Shown here: positions 1 to 11,383 of the stretch, piece after piece
Layout of the letters: each line of letters begins with the position of its first letter
Numbering within the stretch: the stretch's first letter is position 1
NCBI RefSeq assembly: GCF_001194135.2
Contig: NC_068981.1
Coordinates: 61,693,730-61,727,391, forward strand
Source: Octopus bimaculoides
Lineage: Eukaryota
Direction of reading: 5' to 3'
DNA: 33,662 bases
Notes under the pieces: model-generated
Database searches by the model: none
The model's input: only the letters and a program-made list of their open reading frames with translations
Told to the model about the DNA's origin: nothing
Position numbers and translations under genes: made by a program

Positions 1-297
1 CCAGCTATACCAAGATCACGCAGTTTGTGGCATATCACACCATGATCCACTTTGTCAAAAGCTTTTGCAAAATCAACGTATATTACGTCCACATTTGAGT
101 TGTTGAGTAACTGCCTCAACACCCAGTCGTAATTTTGTAAGAGCTGGGTCAGGCAGCTCCTACCTGGTCGAAAGCCATGTTGGGTATCACTCAGCAATTT
201 ATTTTCTTCAAGGAATGCGATTAGTTTTCCTCTGACTATCCTTTCCATGACTTTGCTGATGTGTGAAGTCAGAGAGATCGGCCTATAGTTTTTGGCA
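1..297 (-). mobile_element. CR1/L2-group LINE reverse transcriptase fragment, running off the window start
   Basis: Minus-strand stop-free frame PKNYRPISLTSHISKVMERIV...QHGFRPGRSCLTQL...VDVIYVDFAKAFDKVDHGVICHKLRDLGIAG, matching non-LTR RT N-terminal motifs; 5' side ends at a (TA)n tract. Confidence 0.92.
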
Positions 298-420
298 TAT
301 ATATATATATATATATACATATATATAAATATATATACATACACACACAATCACACACACTTATACATGTATATACATATATGTAAGTATGTGCGTGTGA
401 ATGGATATATAAATATAGAT
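296..420. repeat. (TA)n/(CA)n compound microsatellite
   Basis: Direct reading. Confidence 0.9.
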
Positions 421-1444
421 ACGAATGTATGCATGAACATCTTAAACAATCAGCTGATAAGTGAAAATATATACAAGAAAATAAAGACTCCCTCAAACAT
501 ATATTATATACAACTTTATTCCGACAAAATAGTAGGATATAGATAAAAACTAAAGCGAAAATCGAAACATTTTGGAAGAATATTTTAATCAGTAAGTAGA
601 ACAAAAAATCATGTTGCTAACCAAGGTAAGTAGAAACAAAGATTCAATAAGAACTAAAAAAGAAACACTTTGACCAAGATATTATTGACAATTGTAGAAG
701 ACACATCAAATTAGTTACAACACATGATGAGAATACAGCAATATTTCATCGCAGTTATTTGCTCATTGCTTCATAGTTTTCTATTTTCGATTTCCTTTTA
801 TATCTACGAAATAGCTTGTAAACCCCCGAACTTGGAGAATCACTATTCTACTGGCATTATTATCAATGAACATATTCATCTGTCTCTTATCTTCTCTACC
901 CGGTAGTGTCTTATCTTTGGTGTTGCAGCAACACCAAAGGATTAAACTATACGTTACGTCCTTTGTGTATTGAAAATGATGAATGGTTATATGTCTCAGC
1001 AACATTGATTTGACCTTTGAGAGTCGACAATGATGAATTTTATTCATTTTCAACACAGACACGTGAATATTTTATACATTTCAGAGCAATACTTTTCGTA
1101 GTGTAAATGGCAATAGATATAATACATAATAAACGTATCACTTTTTCAGTCGAGACTCATTATAACCATTTCCCAAAATTATAAAAGTTTGCAAGAACGT
1201 AAACCTACCTACGCATAAAGGCAGACGCATACAGTCTCATTCACATATACTGACACGATCACATGTGGGCTAAATAGTTGCATAAATGGATGTATAGAGA
1301 CAATTTAAATTTAAAAGATTTAAATCAGAATTTATATATTAGCCATGAGTTTGGTGTAAAGAATTTGCCACATTTGCGACAGGTATAATAAATGAACACA
1401 CAGGCCTACTTTGTTCCTCACGCTTTCGACATTCAAAACCTTTA

Positions 1445-1562
1445 TGTACGTGCACACGTACTCACGCGCGCGCAAACCAACACACACGCACGGATGCACA
1501 CATACACACACACGCACACACGCACGCACGCACGCACGCACGCACAGATTCATACATACACA
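1445..1562. repeat. (CA)n/(CACG)n microsatellite
   Basis: Direct reading. Confidence 0.9.
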
Positions 1563-1999
1563 AGTGCGCTCGCATTATATGAAACATTAACATCCTTCAA
1601 CACCGTATCTTAAGGGACATTGACGTAGAGGCTTTAAAACAAATAATGCAAAGAAAACAACTGGCTGAACGTGAACTTGCATGCGTTTATTTCGGGGTTA
1701 ATACTCATTTCTATGGAGAAAATTGAGGGACATATTGAACAGATAGTTTTTTCTAGTTACATGCAAGTCTTCTATATTAGCTCAGGCACAGAATGGTCGG
1801 GTTGCAAAAAACAGTTTGCTTTAAGTAATTCTCATCTATTTTAGGCTGATAAATGAAATTTATAAGTGAGGAGATTCCATTTGATTCTGAAATCACCGAT
1901 AATATGTTCGATTGCCTAAATATTAACTGTAAAATTCTGAACGCGTGCCTATCTCAAATAATTCCTGTAATGATGTATTTCTTTCTGATTGTTTCTTAA

Positions 2000-2260
2000 T
2001 CTGAGTATGCAGCTTCAATATGTGCCCATGCTGAGGCCATACTTAGTGCACGAGATTGTTTGCAGCAACTGTAACGGTTACCACATCGGGCGATTTGCTT
2101 GAAACACATGCATTGGCATTAAGAGACGTGCGAATGGGTCATTGTAAAATCACCTGGAAGAATGCCGTACTCAAGACTTCACGGCGAAAAAAGTCGCATT
2201 GCCAATTTCAGGATCAAAGGAAACAACCCCATTGGAAAAGTGGAATCAACTATTAACGAG
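2000..2260 (+). mobile_element. Possible highly decayed RTE-like LINE C-terminal remnant
   Basis: Across frameshifts: EYAASI...LQQL*RLPHRAICL, LRDVRMGH and GRMPYSRLH...IKGNNPIGK, weakly like RTE LRWLGHVxRMxxxRLP...GxRPxGRP. Confidence 0.3.
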
Positions 2261-3418
2261 TTAGACGAAGTAGTCAGGTTACTACAACTCTCTAAATCTG
2301 CATATATCACAAAACACACAGAGCATTCACATAATTGAAATAACCTATTAGTAGACCTCATTCTCAATTTTTTTCTGACGATGGTTTATTTTCCTTGAAA
2401 TATAGAATTAGAAGTAAAGTGAAAAAGTTGTTTTGTTTTCATTTATTCTGCTTGAATTATATTTTACGCTTTGCCTTCCATTGTCTTTTAAACAATCTGT
2501 TTTAACATTGACATTGAACAATCATACACAAAACTCATATCTTATATGTCTGTGAGTAATGGACGTTTACTTGCTTATTATTGAATGTGGAAGTATATGT
2601 ACGTAAACATTTATACATGATTAAATACATATATATGCGTGGGTGGGTGTATGTATATACATCAATAGATGCTGACTCAATGACAGACACGGAGCGACAT
2701 ATGCTTATCATTTACAATTGTGCTTCTCAGACTATACGGTCTGTGTATATATATATATATATATATATAGTTATTAAAACATAAATTAAAAACGTTATTT
2801 GTACATATCTTGCAGGAGGTAACCCTGAGCTATGTATAGAGGAAATTTAACAAATACGCACATCGAAGCACAAATTTATTCACACCAAGCTTGCATGACA
2901 TACCAAAACATTTATGAAATAGGTATCTCAGTGTCCCACCCACAGTTAGGTGGGAAAGGAAGGACAGAAGAACGTATTCTAAGCTCCATAACCAACCTGG
3001 CTTATATTGTTTCCAATTTGTGTTATCAAACATAAACAAGACAGCCAGCAAACGAATAACTAAAAACGTTATATTAGAAGCACTACACTTGAGTATAAGG
3101 TTATCAGGTACACAACTATAACAATTCCCAAAGAGGCATGCCAAAACAGTAACACTAAACTTCACCTAGTTAGACAGAACTCTTACTTCGGACAGTAACG
3201 GATCTGAAATAGCGCTCAACCGCACAAACAGAACAAATTCCAGTTTGGAAACAACCTCATCCTTAGCACTAACTAACAGATTTATTTATACTGCTTCGAA
3301 ACTAGCCAAATTGTCAGACCCTTAAGATGAAGAGAAAACTATTACCAAGTTTCATGTTCCTCTGTCCGTTCTTTCTTAGCGACCTTAGATTTACGTCCTT
3401 CGGCAGGGATGAGTGAAA

Positions 3419-3464
<46 letters not shown>

Positions 3465-3487
3465 CTGAAAAATATATATATGTGAGT

Positions 3488-4331
3488 NNNNNNNNNNNNN
3501 NNNNNNNNNNNNNNNNNNNNNNNNNNNNNNNNNNNNNNNNNNNNNNNNNNNNNNNNNNNNNNNNNNNNNNNNNNNNNNNNNNNNNNNNNNNNNNNNNNNN
3601 NNNNNNNNNNNNNNNNNNNNNNNNNNNNNNNNNNNNNNNNNNNNNNNNNNNNNNNNNNNNNNNNNNNNNNNNNNNNNNNNNNNNNNNNNNNNNNNNNNNN
3701 NNNNNNNNNNNNNNNNNNNNNNNNNNNNNNNNNNNNNNNNNNNNNNNNNNNNNNNNNNNNNNNNNNNNNNNNNNNNNNNNNNNNNNNNNNNNNNNNNNNN
3801 NNNNNNNNNNNNNNNNNNNNNNNNNNNNNNNNNNNNNNNNNNNNNNNNNNNNNNNNNNNNNNNNNNNNNNNNNNNNNNNNNNNNNNNNNNNNNNNNNNNN
3901 NNNNNNNNNNNNNNNNNNNNNNNNNNNNNNNNNNNNNNNNNNNNNNNNNNNNNNNNNNNNNNNNNNNNNNNNNNNNNNNNNNNNNNNNNNNNNNNNNNNN
4001 NNNNNNNNNNNNNNNNNNNNNNNNNNNNNNNNNNNNNNNNNNNNNNNNNNNNNNNNNNNNNNNNNNNNNNNNNNNNNNNNNNNNNNNNNNNNNNNNNNNN
4101 NNNNNNNNNNNNNNNNNNNNNNNNNNNNNNNNNNNNNNNNNNNNNNNNNNNNNNNNNNNNNNNNNNNNNNNNNNNNNNNNNNNNNNNNNNNNNNNNNNNN
4201 NNNNNNNNNNNNNNNNNNNNNNNNNNNNNNNNNNNNNNNNNNNNNNNNNNNNNNNNNNNNNNNNNNNNNNNNNNNNNNNNNNNNNNNNNNNNNNNNNNNN
4301 NNNNNNNNNNNNNNNNNNNNNNNNNNNNNNN
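3488..4331. other. Assembly gap flanked by (TA)n
   Basis: N run. Confidence 0.99.
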
Positions 4332-7064
4332 TATATATATATACGATAGGTATCATTACATCGCTTTCCTTATAAGGCATATGCACAAACACTGAAACTA
4401 TACAATAAGGAAACCGGTAGAGTATCATGAACCGTTGAGCATAACTATCTATAAAATAATCAATTATTCCCATCATTTGCTTTTGGAATAGTCTCAAAAA
4501 TTTCACTCAGAACTTTATTCAGTAAGGCAATAGTTAAGGTTGTTTAAAATTATAAGCGCATAATTTGAATGTGTAATACGAAACACTATGTCTGACACTG
4601 TTATCTCCATGTTGGATAGTTCTCTCGATCTTAAACACGAGATCAAATTGAGTTTGCTATTTTTATTTGAAATTTAATGAAGAACGTGTGCACTCTAGAC
4701 GGTGTTTTCGTGTTTCAAAAGGTAAGACTTACCACCAACTAATTCTCAAAATTATCGATGTACAATGACCTTCGAAAGGAACTAAATTCGATACTCGATA
4801 ACGTAATGAAAACAGTAACGATAATAACTGGAATTTTTTCTCTGACAGAAACGAAACGAAATCAGAAATAAAATTTTAAGTTACATCTTAGCAGAAATTC
4901 TCGAACATTATATTTTATGCTTATCGATTTTAATTAAAGAATATGATTCACGAAATATATATTTTGTACACAATCCTCTATCAATGCTACAACAGGATGC
5001 AGAGGCTAACAAAGTAAACGTCATCCGTTCGTTCGGTCTTATTTATCACGGTTGAAAGAAGGGAATGCATCGATGTCCGATATATTGGTATTGTTAAATG
5101 TTGGAAGTTTACAGCTGCAGAATCCAGACTACGGTAGGAATTACAATTCAATGCAACATATATTACAGCTGAAGCTACACATTTGCGAGCAAATCAGAGA
5201 AACAAATTTTTGTATGAGAAGCTAAATCGGTTTTCTTGAGTGAATTAAAGCCAAGTCAGTTGAACACACTCCGTTTACATGTTTGGAATGTATTTGTTTT
5301 GAGCACATTTTTACGTATAAGAATCCATTCCACTATAGATTCAGTTGAGAGTTATAGAGCGTTTGTTGTTGTTATAGGAGAAATTGCATTGTGGCTGTGA
5401 AGAGAAAGCCTAATCATTATGCTCCAAAGTCAGGTCACTTTGAAGATATGCATACGTCTACCTGTCGCTCAAGAATAGGGAAACCTAGTACTAGAAGCGA
5501 TTGTATGGTTTCTAGATCGTTGATGAACAGTGCACCAATGATTTCTTGATGAAGTGCAGCGATTATTTTGAATGATGAATAAGACAAATTTTGACCAAAA
5601 CAATTGTGTGGTATACTCGACGTTGCTGTTCACTGGTTAGAGCAGATTTTGAAAATGGAAGATGGTATTATATGCGCTGCAACAACATTGCTGAGTATGA
5701 TTATCTGTCAAGAATTTACATTCGGAAACCCAAATACTGAATAGAATCCGTAAACTATCATTATTTCCCAGGATTTTCAGACTTGGAATGATAGTACTAC
5801 GGTAATGTCTATCCTAACATTATTACTTTCACATTTAGAAAGGGCAAATACAGAATAAGTATTGGTTAACTTCAGTCTTCTGATAGCTGTATCGGCGGTT
5901 ACATTTCTGGAGAAACATACAGCGCATGGTTTTATCATATTTTTGTGACTATTTTATTACCTATGGCTTATTAAAAGCACGTGTGATGAGCTGATAGCTT
6001 GCAGGACCAAATACTTGTTTATATCTTAGAAACTGTGTAGTGTGTAGTGTTTTCCCATAGACTTTGTTAAACTATAACGTTAAATTAGGATTCACCAGAA
6101 CACTTGAATTTACGAACATGCAATTTGCTGATACTTATAAGTAAAATCTCTTTTTTTTTATTGCTGCTTCTGTCATCGGTTTTCTCCTTTTCTTTTTCAG
6201 CAACTTCCAAACTTAGTTCATTACAAACAATATACAAGTAAAATCTACAATCGAAATAGCTGTATTGATACAATAGAAACTGAACTGACACAGTGTCAGT
6301 TTTGAATAACAATTGCATTGTTATTCATTTATGAGTTGAAATTCTAACATGAAGTGTCCATTATTTTCCAGCTGGCACCACGAATTTCAGACTAGTTTTG
6401 CCCCTGGTTAAATTCTTAGCATAAAGTAATGGCATATATCTCAGTAGCTCAAGTAAATTGCCAGTCTACAGAAGAGACCTTTTCTTTTAGGTTAATGAAC
6501 TCTTGTAAATAAATTGAGAAAATATAGTATGTAGTAGAGGAAACACACGACTGACAGAAAAGACAGTGCACCTGACATTCAATTAGAAAAGCATTGTGCG
6601 CACAAAAGATTTAAAATCACAGAAAATAGCAAAGATAAACATAAGTGCAATAAACATTACTTCTCAGTAGATATTTAAAATGAACTCTTCTATGAAAGTG
6701 ATTCACCGACATGGACTAAAGATTAGGAGTTCCTGCAATGCAGATTTTATGTACTTTACGTATCAGTGCGAGGTTTTGAAATGGAAATAATTTTAATTAA
6801 ATACACTCTACCCACATGTTTCACGTTTCTAGTACATTGCAATTTCGTACATTATTTGTTTAAATATCTAAGTAATTAAACTAGGATATCAAACTGCCTA
6901 CTGCAAGTATGAGAATTGAAATTATGAGCAGAAAATATGCTACATTGTCTTAGAAATAGGCATAATACCACATACATTACAATTGTGTCAGGTCAGTTAC
7001 TTATTATGAAATATTTTAGGTTGATTAGGTCTTGAAGGCATTTTATAGGTCACAATCAGGTATG

Positions 7065-7225
7065 TTTTCAGTAATTTAAAACCACAAACGGAGGCTCTAA
7101 TCTATGCTGCCCAACAGCATGTACTAAGAACAACCTACATAAAGTGCAGAATCTGTGGACAAAAAGTTGAAACCGTATGGCAATATACGTCACTAGCCCA
7201 ACAGGAATGAATTCATATATTCAGA
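7065..7225 (+). mobile_element. R4/Dong-like RLE retrotransposon fragment 1a
   Basis: LKPQTEALIYAAQQHVLRTTYIKCRICGQKVETV matches the LKxETEGxIxAAQxQxL...CRxC...ET zinc-knuckle region. Confidence 0.75.
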
Positions 7226-7239
7226 ACAGCTGCAGCATG

Positions 7240-7900
7240 ATGTTATAGTTAGTAAATCAACACAGAGGAAACGGAAAGTAACTCTATGTGACAATGGTAT
7301 TGAAACCATCGACTAAATTGTGACTGGTTCCCTTAGACTCGCAATAACCAAGTACAAAACCAAACATTTGGGAATAGGGCTTTACCTACATTGGAACATC
7401 AGTCATTCTTATGACATTACGCTTCCTCAGATCTGGCCTGAACAACACACGGGACCAATCACAGAGGGTAAGAATGTTAGAATGCTATGCGATTTTACAA
7501 CCCATATTGAGAGATGCATAGATACCAAGGGACCTGATATTATTTTCAAAGATCATCCACTAAGTTCCTGCTATTTAATAGGCATAAAGGTACCAACTGA
7601 TCGAAATATGTCGGTCAAAAAATTCGAAAATAGAAGTCAGCAGAAAGTGGAAACTGAAAATAGTTACACTGATTCTAATAGCAGGAGAACTAGTTGTGTT
7701 TAAAAAAAGTGTCTTCATTCTATATTGATAAAATATTTAGAAAGTCAAATATACACGATGTCCAGAAGATTGCACTAAACACAGCAGTCCATCTATTCCG
7801 AAAATCCCTACAGTTAGGGCATAGTTTCTAGCGTTAGAGTTCAGGAATAGAACCGTTTAGTACATAAAAATGCCCCCAAAATCAAGCTACAATATACAAA
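7240..7900 (+). mobile_element. R4/Dong-like RLE retrotransposon 3' fragment 1b, decayed
   Basis: LCDNGIETID*IVTG..RLAITKYKTKH..LYLHWNI...GPDIIFKD...LIGIKVPTDRN...KWKLK...VQKIALNTAVHLFRKSL (CCHC knuckle, PD..D nuclease core, C-terminus), then a short 3' UTR and (AAAT)n(AAT)n. Confidence 0.85.
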
Positions 7901-7919
7901 TAAATAAATAAATAAATAC

Positions 7920-7987
<68 letters not shown>

Positions 7988-8013
7988 AAAAGGAATACTA
8001 ATAATAATAACAC

Positions 8014-8073
<60 letters not shown>

Positions 8074-8118
8074 GAAGAAGAAGAAGAAGAAGAAGAAGAA
8101 GAAGAAGAAGAAGAAGAA
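7898..8118. repeat. Compound (AAAT)n-(AAT)n-(AAG)n-(AAT)n-(AAG)n microsatellite
   Basis: Direct reading. Confidence 0.95.
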
Positions 8119-9011
8119 ACAACAAAATCAACGGATCATGATAAAACGATGGCAAGAAAAGGCCCTTCATTGCAAATACCATGCTAAACTAAACGCAAAA
8201 GAAATAGACAGAGAAAAATCTCAACAATGGTTGAGAAGCTCAGCACTCAAAGCAGAGACTGAAGGATTTTTAATTGCAGCACAAGACCAAAGCCTCCCCA
8301 CCAGAAATTACCAAAAACATATAATGAAAAGAAATATAACTGCAGAATAAGTGGAGATGGACAAGAAACAATGACTCATATTATCTCTGGCTGCCCAGTC
8401 CTGGCTAAGAAGGAATATATTCACAGACTCGACAGAGTTGGGACCTATATACACTGGAAGCAATGCCAACACTATGGAATAACAACAAAATAAGGATGGT
8501 ATAGACACAAGCCAAAAAAGGTCGCAGAAAACGAGAAAGCGACCATACTCTGAGATATACCAATACACACAAATAGAGAAAATAATGCCAATAAGCAAGA
8601 TATAGTTGTCAGAAATCATGAAGGAAAATATGCTTTCTAATTGATGTATCAATACCAGCAGGTGACAACGTTTCTCTAAATGAAATGGAGAAATTTTCAA
8701 AATTCAAAGACCTGAAAATAGAGGTAATTCGAATGTGGAATCTAAAAACACAATCAATTCCTATCATAGTGGGCGCATTATGTATGATAAAAATAAATAT
8801 TCAGACAAACACATAATAATAACACCAGGACTTACAAATATATATAACATGCAGAAAATTGCACTACTGGGCACTGCACATAACCTACGTAAAACACTTT
8901 CAATACAGTAACCATAAGAGCATCACAGAAAACCACAGTATATACCCATACCCAAGGCACACAGAGCTGCGCTCGGTAGTGAAGTAAAAGCACGTTATAA
9001 AAATAAAACTA

Positions 9012-9014
<3 letters not shown>
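8119..9014 (+). mobile_element. R4/Dong-like RLE retrotransposon copy 2, 5'-truncated, 3' end complete
   Basis: RWQEKALHCKY...QWLRSSALKAETEGFLIAAQDQSLPTRNYQKHI...HIISGCPVLAKKEYIHRLDRVGTYIHWK...LIDVSIPAGDN...KFKDLKIEVIRMWNLKT...QKIALLGTAHNLRKTLSIQ* (stop 8909-8911), ~100 bp 3' UTR, then (AAT)n. Confidence 0.93.

Positions 9015-9074
<60 letters not shown>
9015..9074. repeat. (AAT)n tail or target tract
   Basis: About 20 AAT units directly after the copy 2 3' UTR. Confidence 0.95.
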
Positions 9075-9218
9075 TCTTACAAAGTAGCATGTTGAAATGG
9101 AAATCACCTCTACTAAACCATAGTAATTGGATGATTCATACTAACAATATGAACATGACTCCCTCTCACTTTCAAGCGAACTAAATAACACCAAGTATGA
9201 GTTCAAAGTTTACAATAA

Positions 9219-9477
9219 GCGCAGGAGTGTCTGTGGGGTTAGTAGCTTNNNNNNNNNNNNNNNNNNNNNNNNNNNNNNNNNNNNNNNNNNNNNNNNNNNN
9301 NNNNNNNNNNNNNNNNNNNNNNNNNNNNNNNNNNNNNNNNNNNNNNNNNNNNNNNNNNNNNNNNNNNNNNNNNNNNNNNNNNNNNNNNNNNNNNNNNNNN
9401 NNNNNNNNNNNNNNNNNNNNNNNNNNNNNNNNNNNNNNNNNNNNNNNNNNNNNNNNNNNNNNNNNCGTATATATGTA

Positions 9478-9532
<55 letters not shown>

Positions 9533-9740
9533 CTGTGTGTGTGTTTGTCCCCTCGCCATCACTTGACAAGCGATGCTGGTGTGTTTACGTCCCCGTAACT
9601 TAGTGGTTCGGCAAAAAGAGATCAATAGAATAAGTACTAGGCTTACAAGAATAAGTCCTGCGGTCGGTTTTCTCGACTAAAGGCGGTGCTCCAGCATGGC
9701 CGCTATCAAATGACTGAAACAAGTAAATGAGTACGAGTAA
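9219..9740 (+). mobile_element. tRNA-type SINE with internal (TA)n(TG)n, spanning a gap
   Basis: Head GCGCAGGAGTGTCTGTGGGGTTAGTAGCTT (A-box-like), gap, internal microsatellite, body GTGTTTACGTCCCCGTAACTTAG..GATCAATAGAATAAGTACTAGG, tail CCAGCATGGCC..TGACTGAAACAAGTAAATGAGTA; CAATAA on both flanks (9213-9218, 9746-9751). Confidence 0.85.
9249..9465. other. Assembly gap inside the SINE
   Basis: N run. Confidence 0.99.
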
Positions 9741-10609
9741 TACGGCAATAAAACGTGTCTTATTTGGACGATTTGAATTTGTTTGTTTGAAATGACGAAG
9801 GACTGCTAACAACTGTTAAAGAATTTGCTAATGACATCGGGATGGACTTTGGCCTTGATAAGTTTGCTAAAGCAAATTTTGTAAGAGGGAAGCTCAGCCT
9901 CCGTTAAATTAGATACCCACACTACAATCCGGAACTTGACCCACAAGAAAACTACAAATACCTGGGGATAAACGAAGAAATGGTAGACAACATGCTACTA
10001 TGATGGTAAAATAAGAAAGGAACGTTACAGGATGATAAGGCTGAAAATAAAAGTTTAACTCAACTCTAAAAATCGCACCGAAGCTATTAACACCCTGGCA
10101 CTTCCAGTAGTCCAGTAGTCCAATATAGATTTAACATCATTAACTGGAATCTTACAGAGCTCCAATGCCTTGACAGGAAGACTACACACTTCTAAGAACG
10201 TGCACCACCAAAAGCAGAGGTTGATCGTCTTTACCTACCTAGAAGTAATGGAGGAAGACGAATGATGTAGGTAGAACCGGGATATAAGACCGCCACAACA
10301 GCAATGAACAGGTACTTACCCAGTAAATAGGACACTGTGACATGTGTGCAAACTCGAAAGCAGCAAAAGAATCAAATTCTATTGTGAAGGAAGCTTGCAT
10401 ATTGGCAAAGGAACTTGGCATTAATTTTGAAATATTTGAAGAACCTGAAACCACTGCCACGAAAGAAGCAAAATGGATCTTGTAGCCTGCGAAAAAGAAC
10501 GGCCAGAAACCAAATGAGGAGCGATGGAGCCAGAAGTCTCTTCATGGACAGTATATACTTCGAAGTCGAAATCCTTTTGTAGATCAAGCAACAGCACCAG
10601 GACTAACAA

Positions 10610-10613
<4 letters not shown>

Positions 10614-10683
<70 letters not shown>

Positions 10684-10713
10684 TGATGATGATGATGATG
10701 ATGATAATAATGA

Positions 10714-10775
<62 letters not shown>

Positions 10776-10800
10776 ATAATAATAACATTAATATTAATAA
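10614..10800. repeat. Compound (AAT)n-(GAT)n-(AGT)n-(AAT)n microsatellite
   Basis: Direct reading. Confidence 0.95.
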
Positions 10801-11166
10801 TCCCAGGATAGTAAAGAAAGATGAAGAAAAACGAAGAAAATACAATTCCCTAAAATTTGAAAGAATTTGAAGAATTTGGAGCATGTGAATATTAAAGGTC
10901 GTGCATGTAATAACCGGTGCGTTGTTAACTGTATACCAAGATAAAGACTGGTGGCTGAGGGAGATTGAAATGGAATGCTAGGTAGAGCGACTACAGAAGA
11001 TTCCTCTCATAGGGACAGCAAGGATTATCAGGATGGTCGTGAGCACTTGAATGACTGCTGAAATCTTGAGGATACTTAAGGTTACAAGTAGTAACCTGCT
11101 ATCCATAGAATACCAATCAGGAATAAGACTGATCCTGAGACAAAACAAAATAATAATAGTAATAAT
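10800..11166 (+). mobile_element. R4/Dong-like RLE retrotransposon 3' fragment 4 (distinct subfamily)
   Basis: PRIVKKDEEKRRKYNSLKFERI*RIWSM..VVHVITGAL...VERLQKIPLIGTARIIRMVVST*; 3' UTR differs from copy 2; (AAT)n tail. Confidence 0.82.
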
Positions 11167-11383
11167 GATTTCTAAATATGGCACAAAAGCAGCTATTTTA
11201 GGGAAACAGAGCAAGTCAATTTCATTGTAACTAGTGTACGACTGGTATTGTATTCTATCGATCCCAAAAATGACGAGGGGCCATGTTGGCCAAAGTGGGA
11301 CTTGAATTGAAAATGTTAAATGTTGAAAGAAATAACACAAAGGATTTGCCGAACGCACTAATGAATCTTCTTGCTCACCGTCT
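11149..11383 (-). mobile_element. Decayed tRNA-type SINE, second family, with (ATT)n tail
   Basis: Minus strand GGTGAGCAAGAAGATTCATTAGTGCG...TTCAAGTCCCACT...GGGATCGATAGAATACAATACCAG...TTGTGCCATATTTAGAAATCATTATT; degenerate A/B boxes; central GATAGAATA motif shared with the 9.2 kb SINE. Confidence 0.7.

Larger units (their letters stand above)
9075..10615 (+). mobile_element. R4/Dong-like retrotransposon copy 3 (RT C-terminal half), interrupted by a SINE and internally deleted
   Basis: SMLKWKSPL..., LSLSSELNNTKYEFKVYNK, then after the SINE YLDDLNLF..EGLLTTVKEFANDIGMDFGLDKFAKANFVRGKL...ENYKYLGIN...EAINTLALPVV...NWNLTELQCLDRK...VDRLYLPRSNGGR...ERWSQKSLHGQY. Confidence 0.9.

Noticed and set aside
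915-939. Palindromes with a 1 nt spacer: CTTTGGTGTTGC-A-GCAACACCAAAG, also 4721-4733 and 6283-6301
   Set aside because: Unrelated sequences with no shared context. The shorter two are plausible by chance, and a 1 nt loop cannot close a simple hairpin.
3391-4506. Long ORFs spanning N runs (also at 9.2, 15.3, 17.9, 20.7 and 30.3 kb)
   Set aside because: Open only because N codons contain no stop.
4683-4727. Isolated splice signals (AAG|GTAAGA at 4721, acceptor at 6200, GTAAGT near 27375)
   Set aside because: No consistent exon chain or recognisable peptide.
5590-5730. C-type-lectin-like words (NNCVV, ENGRWYYMRC, ICQE)
   Set aside because: They lie in three different frames with no splice support.
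7841-8182. Poly-L/I and poly-I/M/V ORFs, and HTHT/CVCV/YIYI ORFs throughout
   Set aside because: Translations of microsatellites.
9219-9248. A-box-like sequence as a tRNA gene
   Set aside because: It is a SINE head running into a gap; no cloverleaf is visible.
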